Part shown: piece after piece, positions 20,133 through 42,940 of the stretch
Layout of the letters: every line of letters starts with the position of its first letter
Position numbering within the stretch: the stretch's first letter is position 1
Assembly (NCBI GenBank): GCA_000708835.1
Contig: DF237209.1
Coordinates: forward strand, 1-64,000
Direction: 5' to 3'
DNA length: 64,000 nucleotides
From: Klebsormidium nitens
Lineage: Eukaryota > Plantae > Klebsormidiophyceae
Program-made: the position numbers and the translations under genes
Notes under the pieces: generated by a model
The model's input: the letters and a program-made list of their open reading frames with translations, nothing else
The model's database searches: none
Told to the model about the DNA's origin: nothing

Positions 20133-22415
20133 ATGGCGGACAAGGGAGCTGTGAGACACGTTGGGAGCCTCCCAAGGGCTCTGCTGTTCAACATAGCCAG
20201 TCTGCTGGAGAGCCCTGACATTCAGGGTCACTCTGATCTGAAGAGCTTCATGCAAGTCTGCAAAGAATGGTGCCTGATTGGAAGAGAGGCTGCTAAGCAC
20301 CTGGTACTCAGGTGTCAGCACCGTGGGAACAACATTGAGGGGCTGAGCACGGCGCTGCACATTTTCCGCAATCCTGACAGGAAGCTCAACGTGGTCTTTT
20401 GTCGCCGCGTCAGCATGGACGAGGTTGCAAGGGTCGTGGCTTCCAGTGGTCTCAAACATCTGGAGCTCCGGTTCCCTCCAATGTACTCTCGAACTGCGCT
20501 ACCTCTCCCTGCAGCCTTTGCACAAATGAACGAGCTAGAAAGCTTTGTTCTTCATCCAAGCCAGGGGATACGTTTTCTGCCCTTTGAGGTGAAGTCGCTC
20601 CCTCCGGAGGTTGTCAGAAGCTGGGTCAATATTCGGACCGTCAGCATAAATGGTCTCGGCAGTGTGGACCTGTCCGGGATCGGGCGATGGGAACTGCTGG
20701 AAGAGCTGACCCTGAGGGATGCGAAGATTGAGGCTCTTCCCGAGGAGGTCGGCGCGTGGAGAAAGCTGCGAAAGCTGTGCCTCGCAGGATGCTCAAACTT
20801 GACCGCGTTGCCTGGAGCCGTCCAGAGTTGGGCCATGTTGACAGAAGTCGACTTCCAGGATTGCACCGCGCTCGCCGATCTTCCAGCTGGGGTGGCTGCT
20901 TGGTTAAACCTCTGCAAAGTCTCGTTTGAGAATTGTTACCGTCTGGCGGCCTTGCCCGAGGCAACGTCAGCATGGAGGTCTGTGGAGGTGGCGTCTTTCA
21001 AGGGTTGTTATCATCTGGTCAGTTTGTCTGCATTGGGAGGGTGGTGCGACCTAACAAGTCTCGACTTGGAAGGTGTCCCTTGTGGGGACCTTCCAAATGG
21101 AGCTCAAACGTGGCGGAGGCTTGCGGACCTAAGGGTTGACAATGTCCAAGAGACCTTGCCCGAATTTGTAGGAAATTGGGGGTGTCTGAGGCGCATTAAG
21201 CTGGCACTCTATGGTGCGGCTGCAACGCTGCCGGAGGCCATCGGGGGGTGGGAGAACCTAACGACTTTGACGTTGAGTGGGGAGCTAGAAACCTTGCCCG
21301 ATAGAGTGGCCGGCTGGACTCGGCTTCAAATGGTTGACCTCAGCGGTTGTAACACACTGAGATATCTTCCAGAGGAAGTTGAGAACTGGACCTCGCTTGA
21401 GAGGATCACGCTGCACGGTTCGGACAACCCTCGGTTGCTAAATAGCGGGGTTCGCGGGTGGACAAGCTTAAAGGCCCTCTCGTTTGGGGAGAACTCTTTG
21501 ACCTGGCACGATTGCAACCCCATACCAATCCACCTGTTCGATGGAAAGAGTCCGGACTTGCTTCCTCGAATTGAACTTCCATTTGAAGTTGGAGCGTGGG
21601 CAAGGCTAGAAACCCTTGTACTCGGACGAGTAATGTCCTTACCAGAGGCCGTGGAGGAGTGGAGAGCTTTACGAACCCTTTACATCCACGAGTACGAGAG
21701 TGAGCAGCTTCCCGAGGGCATTGGTTCGTGGTCAAAGCTCACGTCCCTTCAAATGGCGAGCTCCCACCTACAACGGTTTCCCAGCAGCGTCGGGGCTTGG
21801 GAGGCGCTCAAAACTCTGGATTTGCGCGGCTGTGCGCAGCTGACGGGTTTTCCTGTGGAAGCAAAAGGGTGGAGGTCTTTGAGAGTGCTTAAGCTAGCAG
21901 GCTGCATAGAGTTCTTGGCTTTGCCTGAGGGTGTCGGGAGTTGGGAGAACCTCGAGGAGCTTGACTTGGGCGAGTGTATGGAATCCATCACTAGTCATCA
22001 CGTGTTTGAGCTGTCTCTTGAGGCCTGTGCGATGGTGGCCTCTTTACCGCACGCAGTGAGTGCATGGAGGAAACTCCGCACCATCAATCTTGGGGGTTGT
22101 AGGCTCTTGCGCGAGTTACCAATAGGAGTTGGTAGTTGGCGACAGGTTAAGGATGTCGACTTGTCCGGCTGTGAGATGCTGATAAGCCTTCCTGAATGCG
22201 TAAAGGAGTGGCCCCTTCATGATTCCCGATTTCATATTGCTCTAGAAGGATGCCAGCCAGGTGTTCACAAGTCCGAGCACTTGGAGACCTATAGAGATAG
22301 AATGGCTGCAAGAGTGCCCTTGGACTCCCATCATCGACAAGAGGCCTTTCAAGGAGGTTCAATCACTGATGACTCAGACAGCGACTCGTCAATGGAATTT
22401 TCACTGTTCGATTAG
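20133..22415 (+). CDS. F-box-like N-terminus + NLR-type LRR protein, CDS has no intron, 760 aa
   Basis: Single ORF. N-terminal LPRALLFNIASLL..DLKSFMQVCKEW resembles an F-box. About 22 repeats of LPxxVxxWxxLxxLxLxGCxxL follow. A probable 5'UTR intron starts at the CAG|GTGAG donor at 19745. Confidence 0.85.
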   Translation: MADKGAVRHVGSLPRALLFNIASLLESPDIQGHSDLKSFMQVCKEWCLIGREAAKHLVLRCQHRGNNIEGLSTALHIFRNPDRKLNVVFCRRVSMDEVARVVASSGLKHLELRFPPMYSRTALPLPAAFAQMNELESFVLHPSQGIRFLPFEVKSLPPEVVRSWVNIRTVSINGLGSVDLSGIGRWELLEELTLRDAKIEALPEEVGAWRKLRKLCLAGCSNLTALPGAVQSWAMLTEVDFQDCTALADLPAGVAAWLNLCKVSFENCYRLAALPEATSAWRSVEVASFKGCYHLVSLSALGGWCDLTSLDLEGVPCGDLPNGAQTWRRLADLRVDNVQETLPEFVGNWGCLRRIKLALYGAAATLPEAIGGWENLTTLTLSGELETLPDRVAGWTRLQMVDLSGCNTLRYLPEEVENWTSLERITLHGSDNPRLLNSGVRGWTSLKALSFGENSLTWHDCNPIPIHLFDGKSPDLLPRIELPFEVGAWARLETLVLGRVMSLPEAVEEWRALRTLYIHEYESEQLPEGIGSWSKLTSLQMASSHLQRFPSSVGAWEALKTLDLRGCAQLTGFPVEAKGWRSLRVLKLAGCIEFLALPEGVGSWENLEELDLGECMESITSHHVFELSLEACAMVASLPHAVSAWRKLRTINLGGCRLLRELPIGVGSWRQVKDVDLSGCEMLISLPECVKEWPLHDSRFHIALEGCQPGVHKSEHLETYRDRMAARVPLDSHHRQEAFQGGSITDDSDSDSSMEFSLFD

Positions 22416-23585
22416 AGGTATAGGTATTAAGCTAGCCTAGAACAAGTGTTTGGATGCAACGTTGAACGATTGGATGCAACGCTTCCAATGATGAGGTGGT
22501 CATCGATTGTGATCCAAGTCACTGGGCCCGTTTTGTAGCAGCGATGTGGGCAAATCAGTTAAAACTCTGGCAATTGTTTAACTACCCGGCTAGCCTAGTG
22601 TACCCGGCATGGTGCAATCCACCGTCATGATGCAGCAACCGTCAACATGCATCATGATAAACTAGCCTTCGGCAACCAATAAGCTAGGCTTCGGTTGCCG
22701 AACTAAACTCATGCCATGGCACCCTCTTAGTTGCTTGCAGCATGCGCCCGCTTGTGCGCCCAGCCCGGCCATCATAAACATATCACATGATCGTTTCAAC
22801 CTAGCTTAGTAGGGCATGATCGAGTGAATTATATAGTATACATTCACTAAATCGTACATTCACTGCGTTGCATGCCCCCTGCGGCCGGCGCGCGCGTGAC
22901 GCGCCGCCCGGCTAAGTTTGGAATCCCAGCTAGTCACTATTGTCGAGTAGCTCTAGAACTTTTAGACGATTGCCAGATCGATCATGCTTGGCCAACTTTT
23001 AGTATTCACTATAAATCATGACATGACGTCTGTTATACGTTGCCATCACTACGGTATATGTGCGCGTCGACTCAAGTAATCTTATAGCTGGCCGGCATAT
23101 ATGATCTCCGCCGGACAATGATTTGTACCGGCGGCTCTCAGTCAAGTAGTCTAGCTATCCGTTTTCGATGATTAAGATTTCCACCTTAACGCTTATACGC
23201 CATGCCGGCCCAGAACCTGCGCAACCGCGGTGCCTTCATTACTCAACCCGGCCTAGGGATCATTGACACACTGAGTGACTCAGCTCGCTTCCGACTAACT
23301 GCAATTCGGATCCATGCGCAAATCATCTCTCGACAAGCGTTCTCTCTTTCTTATTGGAACCTTGGACGTGCAAGCGTGAGATGACATCCATTTCAGCATC
23401 AGGATCGATCGCCACCGGTATACCCGCCAAACTCACTCCCTTTTCAAGTTTTCGTTAAGCCGCATAGCAAAAATAAGCGCACACAAACACAGTCATGTGC
23501 TTCATACGCCCTCCAGTTATGAGAATCAATTATTCATGCCGAACTCGATATAGACACAAATAGCTACGCAACCGCCGATTTCGCT

Positions 23586-35834
<12,249 letters not shown>

Positions 35835-36114
35835 CACAAAAAACTACTTCTCTATCGAGTAAAGGCAAAGATCCGTGTGCTGATCCATCAATTGCGCACC
35901 GAAATGCGCATATACACTGTGAAACTCAGCACGGCGGGGCAGAAACTTCTAGATCAGCGTCTTTTGCTTTATCAGCCTGCTCCAAAGAATTGTCAAGTGG
36001 ACAACAGGCTTTCAGCAGAAGACTGGTCGCGCCACCCCAAAGCGTTTCACAAATTACATTCATTAGTGACGTCGGGTGGTGATCAGGAAGAGAAGGGAGT
36101 GAACTGGTAAGGGG

Positions 36115-37026
36115 NNNNNNNNNNNNNNNNNNNNNNNNNNNNNNNNNNNNNNNNNNNNNNNNNNNNNNNNNNNNNNNNNNNNNNNNNNNNNNNNNNNNNN
36201 NNNNNNNNNNNNNNNNNNNNNNNNNNNNNNNNNNNNNNNNNNNNNNNNNNNNNNNNNNNNNNNNNNNNNNNNNNNNNNNNNNNNNNNNNNNNNNNNNNNN
36301 NNNNNNNNNNNNNNNNNNNNNNNNNNNNNNNNNNNNNNNNNNNNNNNNNNNNNNNNNNNNNNNNNNNNNNNNNNNNNNNNNNNNNNNNNNNNNNNNNNNN
36401 NNNNNNNNNNNNNNNNNNNNNNNNNNNNNNNNNNNNNNNNNNNNNNNNNNNNNNNNNNNNNNNNNNNNNNNNNNNNNNNNNNNNNNNNNNNNNNNNNNNN
36501 NNNNNNNNNNNNNNNNNNNNNNNNNNNNNNNNNNNNNNNNNNNNNNNNNNNNNNNNNNNNNNNNNNNNNNNNNNNNNNNNNNNNNNNNNNNNNNNNNNNN
36601 NNNNNNNNNNNNNNNNNNNNNNNNNNNNNNNNNNNNNNNNNNNNNNNNNNNNNNNNNNNNNNNNNNNNNNNNNNNNNNNNNNNNNNNNNNNNNNNNNNNN
36701 NNNNNNNNNNNNNNNNNNNNNNNNNNNNNNNNNNNNNNNNNNNNNNNNNNNNNNNNNNNNNNNNNNNNNNNNNNNNNNNNNNNNNNNNNNNNNNNNNNNN
36801 NNNNNNNNNNNNNNNNNNNNNNNNNNNNNNNNNNNNNNNNNNNNNNNNNNNNNNNNNNNNNNNNNNNNNNNNNNNNNNNNNNNNNNNNNNNNNNNNNNNN
36901 NNNNNNNNNNNNNNNNNNNNNNNNNNNNNNNNNNNNNNNNNNNNNNNNNNNNNNNNNNNNNNNNNNNNNNNNNNNNNNNNNNNNNNNNNNNNNNNNNNNN
37001 NNNNNNNNNNNNNNNNNNNNNNNNNN
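36115..37026. other. Assembly gap (912 N)
   Basis: Run of N. The three long X-filled ORFs here are artefacts. Confidence 1.
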
Positions 37027-37678
37027 CAGCAAGTCTGGACGGCAAATAAAGTATTGGGCTGAAAAGCGCAGGCGGCAGGGGCTCTGGGAGCTGGGAGAAA
37101 CGTTTGACTGTGCGACGGACCGAGGAAAATCTCCTCGGTGTCAGATCCAACCAAGGCTCTCAGCCTGTTCCACTGCCCTTGAAAACTCGGCCGGTGGATC
37201 TTACCAGTCCCTCCACTAGAAACAATCGAAACCAATGTCGAACCTGGGCAGTTGACAGTGTTAGAAGAAGTGGGCGTTGCAACGAGAATGAGGCACTTAT
37301 TTGAGGTAGAGCACAAGCCAAACCATTTTGAGGCCGTCCGCTTCCAGAACGACCTACGGTGTCGATTGTCTCAAATTGAGCCTGTTGTGAGATGTTCAAG
37401 CGTCCGATACCCGTATCTTCTCATCCAACGGACCAGATTAGTCCCTCTTCCGCCACAAAGTTTGAAGTTTGAACACCCCATTGCACATGCTGTGTTTCTT
37501 CAAACTTCATCGGTCTTCCGTTGTTGTTTCGAAGTTTCGTCCTGGCCCGCTTGTTGGTGATAGGGTGGTGATAGGATGAGGCCCAGACTCACTGAGAGCT
37601 AGCCGGCTGTAGCATGAGACTGGCCTGCTAGAAGCAGCGCAAGCTCTGAACCGCAGAGGATAAAAATCTGAGGGTGGC

Positions 37679-38610
37679 ATGAGCAAAGCCAGTGGCGGAA
37701 AGTTTCGGTGCACGCAATGTGCCTTGGAGGTTCCTTTTGAGCACTTTGGGCGGAGGCCACCGTTTGGCGAAGGAGTGGTGTAAGTTGCGAGCTATCGTTG
37801 CACCTCCTGTGTTGCATGCCAATATGTTCTTGATTGGTTGCTTTCATCCTCTGATTGTGAAGAGGTGAAAGGATTTCTTGGATGCTACTCTTCCGCCAGC
37901 ACCAGTCTAAAAGTGGGCGATGTATGCTGCTTTGTGCAGTTGTCAAGCAAATGCCGCTGATAAATTCAGAATGTTGATTAGAAGCAAGTTGATTCCAAGT
38001 CTTGTTTGAGTCTCGGGCTTTATTCATAAAGTTTGGCAGTAATTGTGCAATGCCTGCTTAGACAAAGCGGCACCTTATTTTGCCCGATACATGCTTGGAA
38101 GTCAGGCGCCATGTCGTCGTTCAAAGCATGATTGGTGTAATTTAGGAAAATTCTTTACGATCAGAAGTCTGGCGCGAATAAGTAGGCACTCCTTTGGCAT
38201 CTTTTCAGTCCCTTCTTTGGGGCTCCTTTGACAATGAGCCCGTCAATTCTCAATCTCACTTTTTAAGGTACGTCCTGATCTACACACGCGGATACTGATT
38301 GTTGAACACACCTTTGTTTGAAGGCTGTGCTTGAGCTTAGAGGTTTGGTGGCCCGGTTTGCCTATGTATCTTGACGTCTCTTCTCAAATACAGTTTCCTT
38401 GAAGATGCATACACTCGACGGGACCCTTTCTCCAGCAAGGCGACGCCTCTTTTCTTAGGAGGGGTCTGCAAAATTTGTTCCAAAACCGTGTGCCGTATGC
38501 AGTCCTGTAGTATCTTCTACTCTTCTCGATTTTGTGTAGAGTGTGCATCTCAAAACATTGAAGCGTTCCCCGCTGAAGTTCAGAAGGATGTCGTCATTCC
38601 GGCTCCATAA
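37679..38610 (+). CDS. CDPF1: Cysteine-rich DPF motif domain-containing protein, 2 exons, 105 aa
   Basis: join(37679..37779,38394..38610): FRCTQC..FGRRPP..FLEDAYTRRDPF..LFLGGVCKICSKTVC...CSIFYSSRFCVEC..AFPAEVQ. Confidence 0.85.
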
Positions 38611-39718
38611 GCGACGACCCAGTCTAAAACCGTAGCCCATTCTGGTAGGGCTTGAAGCATTCATGAAAGAGCACACGACCCAATACTTGATGAAACATTT
38701 GTGTTCAGATCGTCAACGCAACAGAGACGTCCAGGAAGAGCAGTTTTGTCGAATGCAAAAGTCGGTCAGCCAGCACGTCCGGTTTGGATCTCTCAACAGC
38801 AATATGTGCCAGCTGAATTGGCTTCATTCATACATTGCTTGCGCATGAGTCAAGGGATAGAATGGACATTGGATTTTATACTTGGGCACAGGCCGCGCTG
38901 GCTTGGCGGCGCCCCTTATCGAGCCATGAGTTGACCATATGATCATCTGAATCTTTCAAGTTTAGCCGCGGCTCTCAGATTGGGTGTGGGCAGGCTCATA
39001 AGTGCCTGTTGGTAGCCAGACGGTATAATGATCAATGTTGGCCACAAGCACCGGTGAAGCTCGTATGCACCCGGTGTTGATCTCGACCAGCTATGTATCG
39101 TGTACGGTAAATGTCACACACGCGGCTGCGTGTTCAAGGCCAAAGTTCCATTTTAGTAGAAAATTGACATCATTGCAGACATATGGCTAGATGCGTCTGT
39201 GCAGCCAGCATAGCTTTGTAGGATCATGCAGTGCCATGCGATCAAAGAGAAAAGAGCTAGGCTCGAAAAGACTCGCACCGTAGATACCTCGTGTATAGCA
39301 CATGATGCAGATGCCCGGGGCCGGCGCAAGCAATACGCGGTTGATGCTTATAATTAAGTTCGAACGCGTCGGACAGGTGCATTTAAGCAGGCTCCATACA
39401 AGCTAGTATACTAGCATGCGTATATCTGATCGATCAAATTCCGGTGTTTGGCATATGGCAACCCGAGGGCCGCCGTCTTGACAAGTAACAGGACGTAGGT
39501 GTACGGTAGGCACCCATGTACGTCACAATTCGATTGACAATTCAAATCAATCGCATTGTTTGGTGCTACAGTAGACTCGTCTATCCTATGCATGCCATCG
39601 GAAGCAGAAATTCAGCTATCATGTACATGCACAGGACGCACAGAGGAGACACAAAAGCGGGGGTTGGCGCTGTGACAAGTATGCCTTTGACGCCGTGATA
39701 TGAAGACCTTGTCAATAG

Positions 39719-41982
39719 CTACATGTCATCGTAATCATCATCCACCCCGTCTAGAGTTTGAGCACCCGCAGCAGGCGCCCTTTGGTGCTCCTGTATCGCC
39801 TTTTCGAGAAGCTGATTTTGCAGATCTGACTCAGCCGCACTTCTTGCTGCAGAACCATTCCCCTCTACTTCGTCTCGGGCAGTATCTACAGGCTGTGAGT
39901 TAAGATCAAAAGAGTTTTGCACCTCGACTCGTCGCTCCCCTTCAACCTGGCCGTCCTTCTTCTTTTTTCTGCTCGTTTGTCGTTTGAGCGCACCTGAGCC
40001 GTCTGCTTTGCCTCTACGTGGTAGCTTCTGCAGAAAAACCGCCTGTAGTCAACACCTTTCCAACCCTTGAAGGGTGAACACACATCGTTGGAACGAACAA
40101 GCCTGAATATCTGCACTTGAAGCCTCGAGAACTGCCAGAAACTCTTGGAAGCCTCCAGTGATTGCGACGTACACAGCACTTGCCAACAATCAACGAATGC
40201 TCCCAAGTTACGTCGACTTACACAAGCTTTCCCCTCGTTCGAAGCACCCGCCTCTTCGTCCGCCCCCTCTTCCTCATCTTTCCTGCAACATAAAATCAAA
40301 GCGTTTGATGTTCTGGCCCATGAGGAGTATCAAACACCTCTAGCGGACCACTTTTTTGGTAACATTTCGGGATCTATACCCGTAGGCGCTCAGCATCATG
40401 GTCCACATGAGAAAGTTCAAGGTTCTGACTCAGATAATGAGAGAGAGTTGCCTGCAGATTATCTTTGCCGGTTTTGGTCAAGGGTAATCGAAGTTCAGGA
40501 AGCAGGTCGGCCTGACCAGACTCTTGACCCCAAATAAGACATCACATCTCTTTGCACTCAGTGCATTGCAAATGTCTCTGACAAGACTCTCAAAAGGTCA
40601 GGATAGGGTCTGATGCTGCTGCGTTGCCTGGAAAATCACCTTTTCCGAGGTCGGCCCGGACCCTTCTCCTCCTTCAGCTCATTCCCCAGATCTGGAACTT
40701 GCGCCACTACCTCTCGCAGGAAATCGAAGTCGCTGTTCGCCTCGATGCATGCCTTTCTGCAGGAATGAATAAGAAACCGTGGTAAGAGAAAAGCAGAACC
40801 AATGTCGACAAAATCATCTACAGCTTGGCCAGGTGAATCTCAAAAAAGTTTGTTGGGTTGGGGAGAAAAGAAGGGGCACAAGATTGACACGGAGCAGACG
40901 GTAACTAAACATGAGCCTCAGGGTGTCCTCTCTATCGGTAAAGTGTTGTCAAACCAAAGACTGGCAAATCGTTTGAAAACCTGACTGGCCTGATGACTTT
41001 CTGGAATGAGCTACACCTTACTTGGAGGCATCAAGAAGCTTAAGTCCACAAAGCAGAGAAAGCTTCCTTACAAGTGACTGCCGGTGACGGTCTTCGCGTT
41101 CCGTGCGATGGTGACTTTGTAGGTCTCGTCCACAAGCTTCTGAAGAAATAGCTCAAGGGCCCTGGCTGCAAACCAAGGTCGTGCTCAGTTAGTCAGGCCT
41201 AGGCGCCTTTAAGATTGAGAAAGGGCACCTTGGCAAAGAATTGAACCTTGGGACGGAACTTCTATCATCCTTAGCCGCTTGCTGGGGGGCACTTTTGGCC
41301 AAAATTGGAAAAAGTGTGAGATGCTCCGACCGGGTATACTTTCTGCAAGAACTGTCTGATTGCAGAACAGACACAAGTAAGAGTACCAGTTTATGTCGTT
41401 GAAGACCACCAGCCCACAGTGTAGAGTAATACAAAGGGGGGGCTAGCCTTTTCCAGAAATATGTTGATGTATGGGAACCACCACCATCCACCACCATCAA
41501 GCTATCAACATAAGATACATCCTTAATGAAAAAATCAATACAGTTTCTATCTATCTGTATGGAAGCAATTGCCATTCAACAAAGGCATAGCAGCTATAGG
41601 CAACTCACAAATGAGTACAGGAGACGCCACAGCAACCTTCCCAACTTCATCGTCCGCCTGCATAACCTTCTTTATTCTGCCCTGCACATCGAACCAATGG
41701 AAGCATGATTAGGCGACCCAAAATTCACCCACCAGCCAGGCAATGCTACGCTACACTTTGTCTCCAAAGGTGCACAGAGATATCCAGGAGTAACCCAAAA
41801 GTTACACAAGTTGTCCTTTCAAGCAAAAGTAAAAAGTGGCAAATATCAAGGTGAGCCCTCAGAGAAGAACAGCTGATTCTGGAGTATGTTCCGCAAGCAA
41901 TATTTATCTACCCAAAGATGGGTAAAACTTGTCCTCAATGCCTTACCGTAGGGAAACGGGTCTCCAGAGGCTTTGGCTTCAT
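39719..41982 (-). CDS. DRAP1: Dr1-associated corepressor / NC2-alpha (histone fold), 6 exons, 229 aa
   Basis: complement(join(39719..40027,40222..40282,40640..40756,41072..41165,41609..41681,41947..41982)): TRFPTGRIKKVMQADDEVGKVA..PVLISRALELFLQKL..AKTVTGSHLKACIE...FDFLREVV. C-terminal FDLN motif and acidic end. Confidence 0.9.
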
Positions 41983-42940
41983 ACTGGGCTAGCAAGAACA
42001 CCTTGCAGCTCAATTGCGGCTACTGATACTTCCTCAGAATAGAAGAATTATTTGTATTACAGACTCGCAAACAAAGAAATGGAACCTCGACTTGGTAACC
42101 TTGTAAAATAGCAAAGGTGGGCCTGGGCGCTCGCTCTACTTTTGGCAGCTGGACTTAAAGTTGGAATTGAGTAATTTGACAGCCCTAGATTTTACCATGG
42201 CACCTACAACTGCTGTAGCCTCTTCAGGCACTAGCTCCCGCAAGCAAGCTGGCCTCCTTCAGGCTTCTGCAGAATGTTCAGAAATGCAGAGAGAAAGCTA
42301 GAAGGCACTGCATGAGCTGCCCTTCTTCTTTGAACTTCAAGCCTGCTTCTTCAAAGTCCTCTAGGCAAAGTCCTCAGCTGGACCTTGCTGAGTGCATTTC
42401 TGTCACACACTAGCCTGCAGTATGACTCGCAGGACTCGCAAGCTTGCAAGGAACCTTAGAGATTCACGGAATTATGGTAAAAGTAGCAGAAGCTTTCAAC
42501 TCGCTTGCGGTGTTATAGAGGCGGTTTCAAGGGTCTCTCCAGCTCTCAAGTTTCAATCAGGCTTCACAAGTCACTCTCACTCACACACTCGTGACTCGGG
42601 AAGAGGGTACCGGTATCCTGGACCTCAGGCTCAGGATAGAGAGCGCGCGTTGTCAGTGTCACAACTGTTGTGAGGCCACCTCGGGAACGACGGAAAGGGT
42701 GCTAGACGAAGGGAAGCGGCCTATTCAGGACTTTGGTGCTAGGATTATAAAGATTTAGGAGCCGATCGATGCTGCCCTTTGATTAAGCTCGCTCTTCAGT
42801 CGCCCGCTGACTGGGAATCTGGCCGATCGGTTTGCGTGACCTTGTAAAGGACGCCCATTGCCTGCGTCTGTACCCTTTCTCAAATCTGATACATCCAAAC
42901 CTCCGGGCGTCTTGCTCTTGGGGCGGCAGGGCAAGAAACC

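Noticed and set aside
35926-37316. Three ORFs of 355-417 aa
   Set aside because: They consist almost entirely of X from the N gap.
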